DNA from: SAR86 cluster bacterium
Lineage (GTDB): Bacteria > Pseudomonadota > Gammaproteobacteria > Magnimaribacterales > TMED112
DNA length: 64,000 nt
Reading direction: 5' to 3'
NCBI GenBank assembly: GCA_003331605.1
Contig: QOPD01000005.1
Span: 4,437-68,436 of the forward strand
In this document: positions 61,513 through 64,000 of the stretch, piece by piece
Layout: each line of letters starts with the position of its first letter
Position numbering within the stretch: the first letter of the stretch is position 1
Made by a program: the position numbers and the translations under genes
Notes under the pieces: generated by a model
Told to the model about the DNA's origin: nothing
The model's database searches: none
Seen by the model: only the letters and a program-made list of their open reading frames with translations

Positions 61513-62475
61513 GTGGTTATATTTGATGATCTAAGGGCTAGTTATCAAAGAATTTCTAAATACCTTGTAAATACACCTATCGTTACTTCTGAAAAGCTGA
61601 ATACCACATTTAAAGCAAATCTATTCTTGAAGAATGAAGTTGAACAACTTACAGGGTCTTTTAAGATCAGAGGAGCACTGTCAGCACTTAGTAAATTAAA
61701 AGAGGAGAGTGTTGAGGGAGTTGTTGCATATTCTTCAGGGAACCATGCACAGGGTGTATCTAAAGCAGCTCAAATATTTGATATGAGAGCCATAATTGTG
61801 ATGCCAGAAGACGCACCTAAGAATAAAATTGATAAAACTAATGCCAATGGTGCTGAAGTGGTACTTTATAAACGACATATTGAAAGTCGTGAACAAATAG
61901 CTTTAAAATTATCTGCAGAAAGGGGATTCCCCTTGGTTAAACCTTTCGATAACCCATACATTATTGCTGGCCAAGGTAGTTTTGGTATTGAAGCTTGCGA
62001 TTATTTTATTCAACAAGCAATAACTCCTGATGTTGTGCTTTCATGCACTTCAGGAGGTGGATTAGTCGCCGGAACAAGCATAGCTTTTAAACATTATTTT
62101 CCTGATTGTGAAATTTATCCAGTTGAGCCAGCTACCTGTAATGACACTCAAATATCCTTACAAAATAAAACGCGTACAAGGTTAAAAAATCACACATCAA
62201 CTATTTGCGATGCACTTGAAGTTGAAATTCCTGGAGAAATTACATTCCCAATTAACCTGCAAAACTGTGCAGCAGGTTTATCGGTAACTGATGAAGAAGT
62301 CTGTCGAGCAATGAAATATCTTTACGAGGAATTTAATATTAAGGCTGAACCAAGCGGTTGTGTTAGTCTAGCTGCAATTTTAACCAATAAAATTCATATT
62401 GAAGGAAAAAATGTTTTGGTTACTATTTCTGGTGGCAATGTTGATGATGAGGCTTTTTTTAAGTACATCAAATAA
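61513..62475 (+). CDS. PLP-dependent threonine/serine dehydratase or racemase (no ACT domain)
   Basis: QLTGSFKIRGA, SSGNHAQG, SGGGL, EPSG, ISGGNVD; GTG start. Confidence 0.92.
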   Translation: MVIFDDLRASYQRISKYLVNTPIVTSEKLNTTFKANLFLKNEVEQLTGSFKIRGALSALSKLKEESVEGVVAYSSGNHAQGVSKAAQIFDMRAIIVMPEDAPKNKIDKTNANGAEVVLYKRHIESREQIALKLSAERGFPLVKPFDNPYIIAGQGSFGIEACDYFIQQAITPDVVLSCTSGGGLVAGTSIAFKHYFPDCEIYPVEPATCNDTQISLQNKTRTRLKNHTSTICDALEVEIPGEITFPINLQNCAAGLSVTDEEVCRAMKYLYEEFNIKAEPSGCVSLAAILTNKIHIEGKNVLVTISGGNVDDEAFFKYIK

Positions 62476-62581
62476 TTAAAGACAATAAAAAGATAAACCC
62501 ACCAATCGATAAAATTATTACCACTATCATGCCAAGGGAATAGGATAGCTGCATTGCCTTATCTGAGACTTTTCTATTCAT
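62468..62581 (-). CDS. 37-aa single-TM small protein (missed by ORF track)
   Basis: MNRKVSDKAMQLSYSLGMIVVIILSIGGFIFLLSLII*; start overlaps the exonuclease stop (ATGAATAG). Confidence 0.5.
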   Translation of the reverse strand: MNRKVSDKAMQLSYSLGMIVVIILSIGGFIFLLSLII

Positions 62582-63563
62582 TGAACATCGATAATTGCAT
62601 TGTTGATTCTTTAGTATTGGATCTAGTGAAATCTGAAATTTGTATCCCTTTAGTGTTTAGATATTTTTTCAGAACATTGCCTGAACCATGTATTAAGATG
62701 ACCTCTTTTGCTTTGGATTTAGTAATAGCAGATATCAATTCGTGCCAATCGGCATGATCTGAAATTTTAAACCCCTCATCATACTCATCTAGTTTATTGA
62801 TCGCCCAACCACTACAAAAACCTGTTTTATAAGGACCTATATTTTTTAAAAATTTTGATTTTCTTGCACCCGGAGGAATAACAATTATCCCACTAGTCAT
62901 ATCTTTATTTTCATTAATTCTAATAGTTTGTAAATTAGAAATTCCGTAGTTCTGATATATCTTATTAATATTACGAATATTGTCATGTGCATATATGTCC
63001 ACTGGATATTGTTTATTTAATGCATTAATAATTCTTTGCGATTTACCTAATGAATATGCGCACAATACACTATTAACGCCATTATTTTTGTTTCCAAGAT
63101 ACCAGTTATAAATTCTTTCAATTTCATCACCGAAATTAGTCCATACGTATTTTGGATTGGCAAATGTAGCTTCGGAAATAAATGTATTGCATTCAATATG
63201 TTGAAAAGCATCGCAAGTATTGTCTGTGTGAACTTTATAATCACCAGTGATGACAGTGATATTTTCATTAACGTTTATTTTGATTTGAGCCGAACCTAAA
63301 ATATGTCCTGCAGAATGAAAAGATACTGTAGCGTTACCAAGAGTAATTTCTTGTCCATAATCTACCGATGAAATATTTAATTCATGCCCTATACGAAGTT
63401 TCATTATGTCTTTAGTTGCATGTGTACAGATATAGTTGGTCATACCTGGTCTAGCATGATCGGCATGAGCATGGGTAATTAGTGCATTTTCACATGGTTT
63501 TAATGGATCGACATAAAAGTTGCCAGCAGGACAATAAAGGCCAATATCGTCTTTAACAATCAT
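62574..63563 (-). CDS. ligase-associated DNA-damage-response exonuclease (MBL/beta-CASP)
   Basis: GLYCPAGNFYVDP, ITHAHADHARPG, SAGHILGSAQI, GDYK, YSLGKSQR, SGW, SDHADW. Confidence 0.9.
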   Translation of the reverse strand: MIVKDDIGLYCPAGNFYVDPLKPCENALITHAHADHARPGMTNYICTHATKDIMKLRIGHELNISSVDYGQEITLGNATVSFHSAGHILGSAQIKINVNENITVITGDYKVHTDNTCDAFQHIECNTFISEATFANPKYVWTNFGDEIERIYNWYLGNKNNGVNSVLCAYSLGKSQRIINALNKQYPVDIYAHDNIRNINKIYQNYGISNLQTIRINENKDMTSGIIVIPPGARKSKFLKNIGPYKTGFCSGWAINKLDEYDEGFKISDHADWHELISAITKSKAKEVILIHGSGNVLKKYLNTKGIQISDFTRSNTKESTMQLSMFNE

Positions 63564-64000
63564 TCGGTAACGGATCTAATAAAAGTATTTGCCTTATCAA
63601 AAATCATTTCTTTTCGGGTATCATCTAATTTATTTAAGGCATTTATCATTAAAGACAAACGATGGTTGGCAGCAAAGAACGTTTGATTATCTTCAATAAA
63701 TTTCCAGTAAAGTCCATCCACAACATCACACCATTCACCCTTGGAAAAATTAGACATTCTTAGCATATAGCTTGATCCACAAATGTAAGGTTTAGTTGAA
63801 AAAGTTCCACCATCGGAAAATGTACCCATTCCAAAGACATTTGGCACCATGACCCAATCAGATGAATCAACAAACATTTCCATAAACCATTTATAGATTT
63901 CTTTAGGATCCAAACGACAGAGGTTCATTATGTTAGCCAAAACCATCAATCGATTTATATGATGTGTATAGCCATATTTTTGTGCACCCTGAATGGCATC
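63560..64000 (-). CDS. phrB: prokaryotic (6-4) photolyase/cryptochrome, PhrB/CryB group, C-terminal part
   Basis: The frame is open to the window end: YGYTHHINRLMVLAN...VDSSDWVMVPNVFGM..FSDGG.FSTKPYICGSSYM.RMS. Confidence 0.92.
   Translation of the reverse strand, partial: DAIQGAQKYGYTHHINRLMVLANIMNLCRLDPKEIYKWFMEMFVDSSDWVMVPNVFGMGTFSDGGTFSTKPYICGSSYMLRMSNFSKGEWCDVVDGLYWKFIEDNQTFFAANHRLSLMINALNKLDDTRKEMIFDKANTFIRSVTE

Overview
AT-rich, very gene-dense bacterial chromosome segment with many 1-8 nt start/stop overlaps. The gene set and order (metG/apbC, nhaB, rne/rluC, queA-tgt-yajC-secDF, suhB/trmJ, bfd-bfr, Fur boxes, TonB receptor, (6-4) photolyase) point to a streamlined marine gammaproteobacterium, probably SAR86-like (inference). 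It holds about 70 CDS, 4 tRNAs (Arg-ACG, Leu-CAA, Glu-TTC, Gly-GCC) and a complete but permuted trp operon. I saw no integrase, transposase, prophage or CRISPR array. Best leads: (1) a ~220-nt candidate structured RNA with its own sigma70 promoter and intrinsic terminator upstream of pheA; (2) a locus after the trp operon with an indoleamine 2,3-dioxygenase-family gene divergent from a double-Fur-box TonB receptor, and a Pro/Thr-linker lipoprotein ending in a cupredoxin-like module; (3) a wHTH plus two stand-alone MASE1-like membrane paralogues between a DUF5916-like outer-membrane protein and an ABC exporter; (4) MetG split into two genes; (5) loss of canonical Cys metal motifs in RNase E, ApbC and the photolyase; (6) an alphaproteobacterial-looking pyrC-yidD-thrS-cysS-queD-maf-folE block; (7) several small ORFs missed by the ORF track. 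All family calls are from motif recognition, not database searches.
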